Shown one piece after another: positions 1 through 8,988 of a DNA stretch of 64,000 nucleotides. A program made the translations under genes and the position numbers. This DNA is from Bacillota bacterium (GTDB lineage Bacteria > Bacillota > Dethiobacteria > DTU022 > UBA8154). The stretch is taken from the NCBI GenBank assembly GCA_030656575.1, contig JAUSPO010000039.1, forward strand, positions 8,724 to 72,723, written 5' to 3'. The notes beneath the pieces were generated by a model that saw nothing but the letters and a program-made list of their open reading frames with translations, made no database searches and was not told the DNA's origin. Numbering within the stretch: the first letter of the stretch is position 1; each line of letters begins with the position of its first letter.

Positions 1-1981
1 TGTCCATGAACAGCACGGTATCGGGCGGTATATGGGTATTCGCACGATGGATGTGGCAGGGATAACCAGGGATTACCTTTATATTAAATATGCCCGGGAA
101 GACAAACTCTATCTTCCTGTCGATCAGATAGATTATTTGCAAAAGTATGTGGGAGGGGAAGGTGGGGCTGCCAGAGTCTCTTCACTGGGAGGGCAGGAAT
201 GGACAAGAATTAAAAATCGTGTCAAAGCATCCGTACAGGAACTTGCGGCAGAACTTCTTTCCCTCTATGCGGCACGTGAAGCAACTCCTGGGCATGTTTT
301 CCCCGCCGATCAAATCTGGCAGGGTGAATTTGAAGATCGTTTTCCCTATGAAGAAACACCCGACCAGCTTCGGGCGGTGCAGGAAGTAAAGGATGACATG
401 GAAAAAAACAGGCCCATGGACCGGCTACTTTGTGGAGATGTGGGCTACGGGAAAACAGAGGTATCGTTGCGGGCGGCTTTTAAGGCTGTGATGGGAGGCA
501 AGCAGGTTGCTTTTCTAGTACCTACAACTATTTTGGCACAGCAGCATTATGAAAACTTTCTTGAACGTTTTAAAGGTTTTCCTGTGGAGATTGAACTGTT
601 AAGCCGTTTCCGCAGCCCTAAAGAGCAGCTAAAAGCGATCAGGGGTATTAAGGCCGGCACTGTGGATATTGTTATCGGAACTCACAGGCTTTTCTCCAAA
701 GACACAGATTTTAAAGATCTGGGGCTCTTAATTATTGACGAGGAACACCGTTTTGGTGTCCGCCATAAGGAAAAGCTGAAGATGCTTCGCAAGGATGTCG
801 ACGTATTGAGTATGACAGCCACCCCTATTCCCCGCACCCTGCATATGGCCATATCAGGGGCAAGGGATCTTAGTGTGATTGATACTCCGCCGGAGAACCG
901 CTACCCCGTTCAAACCTACGTTGTGGAATATTCTGATCACCTCGTCAGGGAAGCCATTCAAAGGGAGTTAAACCGCGGAGGTCAGGTCTATTTTATCTAT
1001 AACCGAATTCAGAGCATTGAAAAATGGGTATCTAAACTTCAGGAACTTGTTCCTGAGGCTAGAATTATTGCCGCACATGGTCAGATGCCTGAGCATAAAT
1101 TGGAAGAAGTTATGCACAAGTTCCTGCACAGAGAGTATGATGTCTTAATCAGCACAACGATAGTGGAGGCCGGACTTGATATTTCCAATGTAAATACGAT
1201 GGTGATCTATGATTCCGATTATTTTGGCCTGGCCCAGCTTTACCAGCTCAGGGGAAGGGTGGGACGTTCCAACCGACTTGCTTATTGTTACCTTACCTAT
1301 AGAAAGGATAAGGTAATTTCAGGAGATGCTGTGAAGAGGCTTCAGGCGATTAAAGAATTTACCGATTTGGGTTCCGGTTTTAAAATTGCCCTGCGGGATC
1401 TTGAAATCAGGGGAGCGGGTAATATCCTCGGTCCGGAACAACATGGCTCTATCATGGCTGTGGGTTACGATCTCTACTGCCGACTTCTTGAGCAGGCCAT
1501 AGAAACAATGAAAGGCAAAAAGGATTTGGCCCCCAGAAAAATTGAACCTAAAATCGATTTAAATGTAAATGCCTATCTTCCTTCCTCGTATATACAAAAT
1601 CAGCAGCAGAAGATTGAGCTATATCGCCGTATTGCCGTATTGGAGAATAAGGATGAACTGCTCGATATGGCAGGCGAATTAAAGGATCGTTATGGACGCC
1701 TGCAGTCACCTGTTGAAAACCTGCTGCTGGTCATGCGGCTCCGCCAACTCGCCCGAGAAAAAAATGTGGAAAGCATGGAACAGCAGAAGAACTTGACAAT
1801 CATCAAATTTCATAAGGAAAGGACCTTTGAGAGTGACCACCTCTGGCAGTTGGTAAGTCGAAACCGCCGTACTCTTTCACTCCATGCGGGAAAGGGAGTT
1901 TCCCTGAAAATCAAGAACCTGCAGGTCAAGGAAAAAGATTACCTCAAACATCTGATCGAAATTCTGGAACAAGTCATCTAG
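1..1981 (+). CDS. mfd: Transcription-repair coupling factor Mfd, C-terminal ~650 aa (5' end lies outside the window)
   Basis: ORF 32..1981 stays in frame back to the window edge. Superfamily-2 helicase motifs are present (GKTEV, DEEH, TAT, QLRGRVGR), followed by a TRCF-type C-terminal domain. Confidence 0.9.
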   Translation, partial: VHEQHGIGRYMGIRTMDVAGITRDYLYIKYAREDKLYLPVDQIDYLQKYVGGEGGAARVSSLGGQEWTRIKNRVKASVQELAAELLSLYAAREATPGHVFPADQIWQGEFEDRFPYEETPDQLRAVQEVKDDMEKNRPMDRLLCGDVGYGKTEVSLRAAFKAVMGGKQVAFLVPTTILAQQHYENFLERFKGFPVEIELLSRFRSPKEQLKAIRGIKAGTVDIVIGTHRLFSKDTDFKDLGLLIIDEEHRFGVRHKEKLKMLRKDVDVLSMTATPIPRTLHMAISGARDLSVIDTPPENRYPVQTYVVEYSDHLVREAIQRELNRGGQVYFIYNRIQSIEKWVSKLQELVPEARIIAAHGQMPEHKLEEVMHKFLHREYDVLISTTIVEAGLDISNVNTMVIYDSDYFGLAQLYQLRGRVGRSNRLAYCYLTYRKDKVISGDAVKRLQAIKEFTDLGSGFKIALRDLEIRGAGNILGPEQHGSIMAVGYDLYCRLLEQAIETMKGKKDLAPRKIEPKIDLNVNAYLPSSYIQNQQQKIELYRRIAVLENKDELLDMAGELKDRYGRLQSPVENLLLVMRLRQLAREKNVESMEQQKNLTIIKFHKERTFESDHLWQLVSRNRRTLSLHAGKGVSLKIKNLQVKEKDYLKHLIEILEQVI

Positions 1982-2001
1982 GACAGGAAGGATGATCAAA
2001 T

Positions 2002-2148
2002 ATGCAGGGCTATGCCTGCCCAAGGTGCGGCAAAAAAACAAGCGGAGATTTTTTATCCTGGAAAGGTGGCATAAACCGGGCAATATGTAACGCCTGTGAG
2101 CAGGAAGAAAAAAAGAAGGAGCAGGAAAGGGAAAAGAACGCTGATTGA
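2002..2148 (+). CDS. Small zinc-ribbon protein (48 aa, CPRC...CNAC), not in the ORF track
   Basis: ATG at 2002 with GGAAGGA about 9 nt upstream. Two CxxC pairs and a Lys/Glu-rich tail. Lies just downstream of mfd. Confidence 0.35.
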   Translation: MQGYACPRCGKKTSGDFLSWKGGINRAICNACEQEEKKKEQEREKNAD

Positions 2149-2186
2149 GCTATTGACTGAGCGCGAACCCTAAGCCTGGTTGGAGA

Positions 2187-2384
2187 GAGAACTTGTCTTC
2201 GCGAAACCGGAAACCAACTATAGTCTTCTACATCCTTTTTTTGCTGATACTACGGCCCTCGACCCTTTGCACGGGACGTCAAGGAAATGCGCCAGGCGAA
2301 ACGTCCCCCCTTGGCTCACCCGTCCCCTTGGCTCACCCGTTCCCTGGCTCAGAATGGCGTCGGAGAACTTGTCTCCGAAACCGT
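2187..2384. repeat. ~200-bp structured intergenic element bounded by direct repeats GAGAACTTGTCTYCG(C)GAAACCG, containing a cluster of GGGACG/CGTCCCC and TTGGCTCACCCGTYCCC motifs
   Basis: Direct repeats at 2187-2210 and 2364-2384. Internal tandem TTGGCTCACCCGT(C/T)CCC x2 and CGAAACGTCCCCCC related to the dispersed repeat family. Only spurious overlapping ORFs. Confidence 0.5.
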
Positions 2385-2459
2385 CCCTGCCACGTCCCTG
2401 CCTCTGGGTTAACAAATCAGTGGTAATTGTCATAGTATACAGCATGAGGGGATGGTTTT

Positions 2460-2729
2460 ATGATCGATTTAGAATTTGTTGGTGGCATTTCTGCTGTAGC
2501 AATTATTATGGGACTTGTGCAGTTATCGAGGAAGTTTGGAGTAACTGAGAAATATACTCCACTTGTTGCAATTTTTTTGGGACTGTTAGCGTCTCTCGGT
2601 TATAATTATTTTGGTGACCAGAAATGGTTTGAAGCTTTAATAATCGGTCTTGCCCTTGGCTTGAGCTCTATTGGCCTTGAATCTACTACAAGGATTGCAT
2701 TACAGGTATATCGGGAACAGAGGAAATGA
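2460..2729 (+). CDS. Small membrane protein, 89 aa, 2-3 TM helices (possibly holin-like)
   Basis: RBS GAGGGGA 8 nt upstream of ATG. Hydrophobic segments. Followed by a rho-independent terminator. Confidence 0.45.
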   Translation: MIDLEFVGGISAVAIIMGLVQLSRKFGVTEKYTPLVAIFLGLLASLGYNYFGDQKWFEALIIGLALGLSSIGLESTTRIALQVYREQRK

Positions 2730-2746
2730 ACTCGTTAGCTGAAGCA

Positions 2747-2766
2747 TTGGGAATTAGGTGGAGAGC
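2747..2766. repeat. Palindromic hairpin GGTGGAGAGCCTACTCCACC (copy 1 of 2)
   Basis: Perfect 7-bp stem with 6-nt loop. The same motif recurs at 52324-52353. Both copies follow the 3' end of a + strand gene and are followed by GAT(T)GAAAAA. Confidence 0.5.
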
Positions 2767-2828
2767 CTACTCCACCACGATAAAAAAATCTCAATTGTGC
2801 TATACTTAGAAAAATCAGGGGTACCGCT

Positions 2829-2855
2829 CTCCCGGCGTTAACGCCGGGTTTTTTA
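2829..2855 (+). terminator. Rho-independent terminator CCCGGCGTTAACGCCGGG + T6
   Basis: GC-rich 7-bp stem followed by TTTTTT, downstream of the 2460..2729 ORF. Confidence 0.7.
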
Positions 2856-2911
2856 ATGTCGCGTGCCCAGCTAAGCGCGCATTATCTTGCCGGCGCAAGT
2901 CCGGTTTTGAT

Positions 2912-2941
2912 GAGCCAGGGGGACGTTTCGCTTGGCCCAAG
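2912..2941. repeat. Dispersed repeat GAGCCAGGGGGACGTTTCGCTTGGCCCAAG (family copy)
   Basis: Near-identical 26-30 nt copies at 12228-12258 (same orientation) and 15108-15133 (reverse complement). Degenerate relatives at 2296-2351 and 12171-12204. Confidence 0.7.
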
Positions 2942-3042
2942 ACATCACTGCCCTGTTTGGTTTCCTGTTTTTGGCTGCTTATGTTATACTGAAAAAAGGG
3001 GGGTTACAGGAAATGGGTTCAAAGGAAATATAAAGCGGACTG

Positions 3043-5213
3043 GTGTCACTTGATGAAATGCTAAGCGGTTTTCGCCAGGGCGATAATGTAGTCTGGCAGG
3101 TAGACAGTCTGGATGAATATACATTCTTCGCAGAGCCTTTTGTGAAAGAGGCTCTACTGGATAACGAAGACTGTGTTTACCTGAGATTTGCCCCTCACCC
3201 CCCCCATTGTCAGTCCCCGAAAAGGCCTGATCATGAAGAAAGTGGACCCGGGACGCGGCTTTACATATTTTGTAACCGAAATACACAGGATTATCAGGGA
3301 ACAGGTAGAGGCCAAGACAAAATTTTTTATCTTCGACAATTTATCGGCCCTCGTGGATGAGTGGGCTACAGATGAATTGCTTGCAAATTTCTTCCAGGTG
3401 ACATGTCCTTTTCTAGGCGAACTGGATACAGTGGCTTATTTTGCATTAACGCGTGGCAGGCATGCGAATAGTGCCGTTGCCCGCATACGGGATACTACCC
3501 AAGGTGCTGATAGATGTTTATCGTATCAAAGAAGTGATCTATGTTCATCCTTTAAAAGTTTGGGATCGATATTCGCCCCAGATGTTTTTACCCCATATCG
3601 TTACCGGAAAAACACTTTGGCCTGTTTTCCAAAGCGGTGAGGCCGCCGAGGTCTCTTCTGTGGCCAGGAAAAATTCCCATAGTGAAAAAACCTCTATTGC
3701 CCCATGGGATAGTGTCTACAAAAAGATTTTTCAATACAAAGATTCTGGTGAAAAGTCAGCGACAGTGGCCACAGAACTGCAGGCCCTGAAACAGGAATTG
3801 GCCAGAATGTTGATAGGTAGTCACGCCGAGTTTAACAAGCTGTCTGAAGCTTTTTTTACTTTGGGGGATTTATTGGGAATCAGGGACAGGATGATCGGTT
3901 CTGGAAGAATTGGGGGCAAGGCAGCAGGAATGCTGCTCGCCAGGAGGATCTTATTGGATCTGCCGGGTGAGATTGAACAGGACTTTTTAGCCGGTTCATT
4001 CCCGCCGGATATCTACGAACAATTTCGGAGCATGCTGGATTATTTCGGACAGGCACCGATCATTATCCGTTCGAGCAGCCTTTTGGAAGACAGCTTTGGT
4101 AACGCTTTTGCCGGTAAATATCTAAGCATTTTCTGCGCCAACCAGGGGGGGCCTGAGGAAAGGCTTAATGCTTTTTCACGTGCTGTAAAACTTGTCTATG
4201 CAAGCGCGCTGAGCCCTGAAGTCCTTTCCTACAGGCTCAGGCGTGGTCTTGGGGAATCTGATGAACAGATGGCTATCCTCGTACAGCGTGTCTCAGGAAT
4301 GCGCTACAGGCATTATTTCTTTCCGAACCTTCCGAACAGCCAGCTGCTATTTTCCTTTATGAAAGACGGATATTTGTTTGATCCTCCGTATTTAGACATG
4401 GAGACGGGTTCAGCAGGTAAACCGGTCTTAACATTTAACAGGCTGATCAGCAGAACTCCTTTTGTAAAAGTTATGGGTGAAATGGTAGGAAAATTGGAAA
4501 GAGCTTACGGACATCCGGTAGATACAGAATTTACAGCATTTGTGAATTCACGGGGCAGTTTGAATGTTAATTTACTCCAGTGTCGCCCCTTACGGCTGCC
4601 GGGCTTGTCAGGGCCGCTGAAGTTTCCTGAGCATATTCAATCACATCAGATTCTTTTTAAATCTATGAAGGTTATTAATGGTGGACTGATCAGTCAGATA
4701 AAATATATTATATATATAGACCCCAGACGTTATGCTGTCATAAGCTCAGTTTCCTTGAAAAGGTCTGTTGGCAGAATCGTCGGTGCCCAGAATAAACACC
4801 CGCTTCTTGTGGATGGTCAATTTCTGATGATGGGTCCGGGCAGGTGGGGGAGCAGTAATATTGACCTTGGGGTAAATGTAAGCTATGCGGATATTGATAA
4901 CACTGCTGTTCTTGTTGAGATTGCCCGTGAAGCATCCGGGCATGTGCCGGAGGTATCTTACGGCACGCATTTTTTCCAGGATCTTGTAGAAGGGCAGATC
5001 ATTTACCTGCCTGTTTATCCGGAACTTCTGGAAACTGCTTTTAATAATAGTTTCTTTGAAGATTCGCCTAACTCTCTGGAAGAACTCCTGCCGGGAAATG
5101 AACAGTTAAAGAGTGTGGTACACGTGATCAATATTCCTGCTGTAACTAACGGTAAATATGCCAAAGTCGTGGCCGACCCACAGACACAAAAGGCTGTTTG
5201 CTTCCTTGAGTAA
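3043..5213 (+). pseudogene. PEP-utilizing enzyme (pyruvate,water dikinase-like PEP/pyruvate-binding domain) with N-terminal KaiC/RecA-like domain lacking a P-loop; disrupted by two +1 frameshifts
   Basis: Three consecutive ORFs in frames 1, 2, 3 (3043..3360, 3188..3640, 3453..5213) read as one protein. The first shift coincides with a C8 homopolymer at 3198-3205. PPDK_N-like region (IIRSSSLLEDSFGNAFAGKY, DEQMAILVQRVSG) is in the last ORF. Confidence 0.6.
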
Positions 5214-5236
5214 CTATATAGTGAAGGGGAAATAAG

Positions 5237-5515
5237 ATGGAAAGCTATTATATTGTTACATTCGAAACTACCCATCATGCCCTGAAATTTGAGAAGACTC
5301 TCAAGGGGGAAGGAATATCTTTGACCCTTTTGCCGGTGCCACGGCGCCTCAGTTCCAGCTGCGGCATTGCCGCCAGGTTTCTCCCTGACGTTCTGCACAC
5401 GGTTAAGGAACTGATCGGTTGTCATGATCTGCAGTTGGATAAACTTTATCTTTTTGAGAATGAAAAGAATAATGTGAAATTTTACTCTGTAGAACTTCAG
5501 GCAGAGGAGGAATAA
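5237..5515 (+). CDS. DUF3343-family small protein (putative Se/S carrier-like)
   Basis: 92 aa; motif YYIVTFETTHHALKFEKTLK...LLPVPRRLSSSCGIAARF typical of DUF3343. Confidence 0.6.
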   Translation: MESYYIVTFETTHHALKFEKTLKGEGISLTLLPVPRRLSSSCGIAARFLPDVLHTVKELIGCHDLQLDKLYLFENEKNNVKFYSVELQAEEE

Positions 5516-5517
5516 TC

Positions 5518-7230
5518 TTGCCCCCGACATTTGATGAGCGTGTACATCTTTCCAGGGTAGCCCAGGGATTGGAAAAAGCTGATCTTCTCATCCGGGATGG
5601 AAAAGTGATCAATGTTTATTCCAAAGAGATCCTTTCTGCAAACATTGCTATTGCTCATGGCAGAATTGCCTATGTCAGGCCGGATGACCTTCCCGTCGGC
5701 CCTGCGGATGAGAACATATCTGCCCGGGGTAATTTTCTTTCTCCCGGATATATTGAGCCCCATGCTCATCCGTGGGTTATTTATAATCCTGAAAGCCTGA
5801 GTAAGGCTGTACTCCCCCTTGGGACAACCACCCTTGTGATGGAGAACCTTGTCTTTTATCAGCACGGAGGGCCGCCAGCCTTTATAAAACTTGTTAAAGC
5901 CATGGAGTCATGCAGTTCCCGTTTTTACTGGCTGACAAGGGCTGTCCCCCAATCCCCCCTCCGTGACGAAGAAGATCTCTTTTCTGCCCATAACATTGAA
6001 ACGGTGCTCGGCCTGCCTCAGGTAGTGGGCATTGCCGAAATTACAAGATGGGCTGAACTCTTGGATGAAAAGCCTTCCCTCTTTCGTAAGCTTGTTTCGG
6101 CAATGGAGCAGCAGAAGAGAATAGACGGACATACATCAGGATGTAAAAACGGAGCCCTCAATGCCTTAGCCGGATTGGGGATTAACTCCTGTCATGAACC
6201 CATCAACAGCAAAGAAGTGTTGGAACGACTGAGGCTCGGTATGTGGGTCATGCTGCGGCAGAGTTCCCTCCGCCCCGACTTCCATGCCATATTACCCGGT
6301 TTGCTGCGTGAAAACATTTCTCTCGATCGGGTCATGATGACAACGGATGCTGCCGAACCAACTTTTGTCTTTAAGAATGGCTTTGTAGACGGTCTGATCA
6401 AAGCTGCTCTTGAGCATAATCTGGACCCTGTAACGGCTATCAAGATGGCCACTCTCAACCCGGCAGCATATTATGGCCTTGATGAGGACATAGGGGGAAT
6501 TGCCCCGGGAAGATATGCAGATATTTTATTCCTGAAAGACCTGCAGAACCCTACTCCTGAAAAGGTCCTCATTGGTGGGAAAGCACCGGATAGTGCTCCG
6601 GGAACAAATACCTTAGATTGGGGACAGCTTGGTTTTGCATCAAATTTTATTAAGCCTTCCTGGCTGGATGAATATTCTGTTTTGGCTCCGGATAGGGGAA
6701 AGGTTCCGGTAATTAGAGTGGTGAGCAGTGGTATTACCAAGCTTGATTATATAGAGTGGAGTGGTGATTCTTTGCCGGAAGAAGTTTATTTCTGCGCTCT
6801 TCTGGGACGCCGGGGAGAATTCTTAATTACCTGCTTCGTCAGTGGTTTTGCAGAGGATCTTCCGGCCTTAGCTTCTTCCTTTACTACATCCATGGGAGTC
6901 CTGGTTATGGGCAAATCTTTGGAAACTATGAGCCGTGCCGCTGCAAGGTTGTATGATCTGGGGGGCGGGATAGTTCTTTGGGGAGAAAGTGAGGCATTGT
7001 TCGAAATGCCTCTTCAGATAGCTGGAATGATGACTCCTTTATGTTTAGACGAGACGGCCGAACAGCTGGGAATATTATTCGAATTAATGGGGGAAAGAGG
7101 TTTCCGTCACAACGACCTGCTTCTTTCACTCCTTTTTCTTTCTTGTGATTTCCTGCCGGATGTGAAGATAACACCCATGGGAGTCCTTGACGTTAAAAAA
7201 AGAAAAATCATTTATCCTCCCAAGTTTTAA
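5518..7230 (+). CDS. ade: Adenine deaminase (amidohydrolase superfamily)
   Basis: 570 aa; TTG start with GGAGGA 8 nt upstream; metal-binding HxH motif (IEPHAHP); adenine-deaminase-length C-terminal domain. Confidence 0.75.
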   Translation: MPPTFDERVHLSRVAQGLEKADLLIRDGKVINVYSKEILSANIAIAHGRIAYVRPDDLPVGPADENISARGNFLSPGYIEPHAHPWVIYNPESLSKAVLPLGTTTLVMENLVFYQHGGPPAFIKLVKAMESCSSRFYWLTRAVPQSPLRDEEDLFSAHNIETVLGLPQVVGIAEITRWAELLDEKPSLFRKLVSAMEQQKRIDGHTSGCKNGALNALAGLGINSCHEPINSKEVLERLRLGMWVMLRQSSLRPDFHAILPGLLRENISLDRVMMTTDAAEPTFVFKNGFVDGLIKAALEHNLDPVTAIKMATLNPAAYYGLDEDIGGIAPGRYADILFLKDLQNPTPEKVLIGGKAPDSAPGTNTLDWGQLGFASNFIKPSWLDEYSVLAPDRGKVPVIRVVSSGITKLDYIEWSGDSLPEEVYFCALLGRRGEFLITCFVSGFAEDLPALASSFTTSMGVLVMGKSLETMSRAAARLYDLGGGIVLWGESEALFEMPLQIAGMMTPLCLDETAEQLGILFELMGERGFRHNDLLLSLLFLSCDFLPDVKITPMGVLDVKKRKIIYPPKF

Positions 7231-7291
7231 ATAAACCCGGTACATACTGAGGCTTCTTTCGTAATTACCTTTTAATTTACTGAACGAGGGG

Positions 7292-7771
7292 GTGTTGTCC
7301 ATGATGCCATCAAGAGATGAACTCTACTCCTTATATGACAGTTTTAACTCAATATATTTTCAAGATAAATTGCCATCCTCAAAAGAAGTAATGATCGAAT
7401 TCTCAGGCAGACTAACAGCCTCAGCGGGAATATGTTTTCCCAGAAAAAAGATTATCAGGTTGTCCACACACTATCATGAGAAGTTTCCTGATGATTGCGC
7501 TGCAACTCTGTTACATGAAATGATTCACCTGGCTGTTCCCGGGCATGGGGAAGAATTCAAGGCATGGATTCGGGTAATACGCAGCAAAGGAGGCAGCGTG
7601 GAGCGGCGTCCCAGGGAAAGGGCAACACAGGCAGTATTTAGATGGAAATATATCTGCGTGAAGTGCATGAAGGAGTACTTTAGAAAAAGGAGATTAAAGA
7701 ACGGTGGCAGAAATTTCCTTTGCAGTCTCTGTAAGAGTAAGTTAAACGAGCTTAAGCTGCCAAAAACTTAG
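7292..7771 (+). CDS. SprT-like zinc metallopeptidase-domain protein with C-terminal zinc ribbon
   Basis: HEMIH motif and C-terminal CxxC...CxxC. Confidence 0.6.
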   Translation: MLSMMPSRDELYSLYDSFNSIYFQDKLPSSKEVMIEFSGRLTASAGICFPRKKIIRLSTHYHEKFPDDCAATLLHEMIHLAVPGHGEEFKAWIRVIRSKGGSVERRPRERATQAVFRWKYICVKCMKEYFRKRRLKNGGRNFLCSLCKSKLNELKLPKT

Positions 7772-8032
7772 ACACGGTTCTTTTGTCCGACCGGCTTCCA
7801 CGCAAGATATAATGCCTGATTTAACGTGAACATTCACCTTGGACCGAGTCTTCCGGCCTTTATTACGCCAAACGTCCTTGATGTGCTGGTAAAAACATTT
7901 GACATCAAGCCCATATCTACTCCAGAAAAGGACCTGGCTGCAATCTTAGATACGAAGTAAGCAATCGGGGATAAAGGGAGGGACATTTTTTATCGGAACT
8001 GTAAAACGTAACCTCGGCTAGTTTAAGGTAAG

Positions 8033-8126
8033 GGGACACACCTCTTTTTTGCTAAGGTAAGGGGACACACCTCTTTCAGAGGAATGTCCCCAATGGATTG
8101 TCCCCGATCGTCCCTGGTTATGCGTT
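8033..8126. repeat. Tandem repeat TAAGGTAAGGGGACACACCTCTTT x2, followed by an inverted GGGGACA...TGTCCCC and a GTCCCC cluster
   Basis: Two direct 24-nt copies at 8035-8058 and 8063-8086. GGGGAC/GTCCCC motifs relate to the other dispersed repeats. Lies in the 5' leader of the 8186..8941 gene. Confidence 0.55.
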
Positions 8127-8185
8127 ACAGTACTGGTAAAAGGAGATGTCCCCCTTTCCCTACCTCGTCCAAAAGCAAGGAGGCG

Positions 8186-8941
8186 ATGAAGATTAAACTT
8201 GAGGGGAATTGTCAAACAACGGCTATGGGTATTATGCCTCACACTGATATGGAAAGGGCTCTTGAGCTTTCTCTTTCTCTGGATATACCGTTCTGGCCTC
8301 AACTGCCAAAAACGAGTTTTTTTGAGGATATGTATGTGCAGGTGTCCGAACATTTTCCGGGGATATCTCTGGATCTTGAAAATCGAATGATTAGATTTTC
8401 CATTGATAAGTTTTATGCTGACCTTGATGAATATGTGGCACAAATGGATAATCTGGATTACTTTCGTCTCTCTCCGCAGTATTCTGCTGTTTTCCATCGT
8501 TTTTTAGATGAGGATCTCTCTTCATACCAATACATAAGGGGCCAGAGTATAGGACCGGTAAGCTACGGTTTAAAGATTCTCGATGAGAATAATAAGCCCA
8601 TGATATACTATGACGAGGTAAGGGAGATAATTTTTGATTTTACAGCAAAAAAGTTGCAGGCTCAATACATCGAAATGAGAAGCAAAAGCGAAGGGGCCTT
8701 TGTTTGGGTGGATGAACCCGGCCTGGAGATGATTTTTAAGGCTTTTACAGGATATACGGGAGGAAAAGCTCTGGATGATTATCGCGTCTTCCTTGAAAAG
8801 TTTCCCGGGCCCAAAGGTGTTCATCTCTGCGGCAATCCGGACTGGTCTTTCCTGCTGCAGTTGGAGCTTGATATTCTTTCTATCGATGCTGACAGTGGAG
8901 AATTCGTATCGGTTATTAAAGGATGTTGCAGCACATTATAA
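8186..8941 (+). CDS. Hypothetical protein (~251 aa); possibly URO-D/MtaA-like fold, not confidently assignable
   Basis: Long ORF with protein-like composition. Start chosen at MKIKLEG after AAGGAGG. The ORF-track N-terminal extension (from 8084) runs across the repeat and looks non-coding. Confidence 0.4.
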   Translation: MKIKLEGNCQTTAMGIMPHTDMERALELSLSLDIPFWPQLPKTSFFEDMYVQVSEHFPGISLDLENRMIRFSIDKFYADLDEYVAQMDNLDYFRLSPQYSAVFHRFLDEDLSSYQYIRGQSIGPVSYGLKILDENNKPMIYYDEVREIIFDFTAKKLQAQYIEMRSKSEGAFVWVDEPGLEMIFKAFTGYTGGKALDDYRVFLEKFPGPKGVHLCGNPDWSFLLQLELDILSIDADSGEFVSVIKGCCSTL

Positions 8942-8988
8942 AGAGGAAATAGGTTAAGCTTTAAATAAACGAAATGGAGGGAAAAAGA

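Noticed and set aside
2180-2548. ORFs 2180..2548(+), 2193..2426(+), 2218..2445(-) and the N-terminal extension 8084..8185 of the 8084..8941 ORF
   Set aside because: They overlap repeat arrays, have low-complexity Pro/Arg/Trp-rich translations, lack an RBS, and overlap one another on both strands. They were judged to be spurious reading frames through repetitive DNA.
2931-2938. TTGGCTCAG resembling the universal 16S rRNA 27F primer site (rRNA fragment?)
   Set aside because: Only an 8-nt coincidence inside the dispersed repeat; there is no surrounding rRNA similarity.
8018-8497. Minus-strand ORF 8018..8497 (159 aa) and many other antisense ORFs inside long genes (e.g. 5015..5530-, 6192..6740-, 13524..14327+, 16625..17176-, 20556..21206-, 22692..23054-, 57228..57815-, 59148..59624-)
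   Set aside because: They are fully embedded antisense or out-of-frame within well-supported genes, with atypical composition and no RBS, so they were regarded as non-coding.
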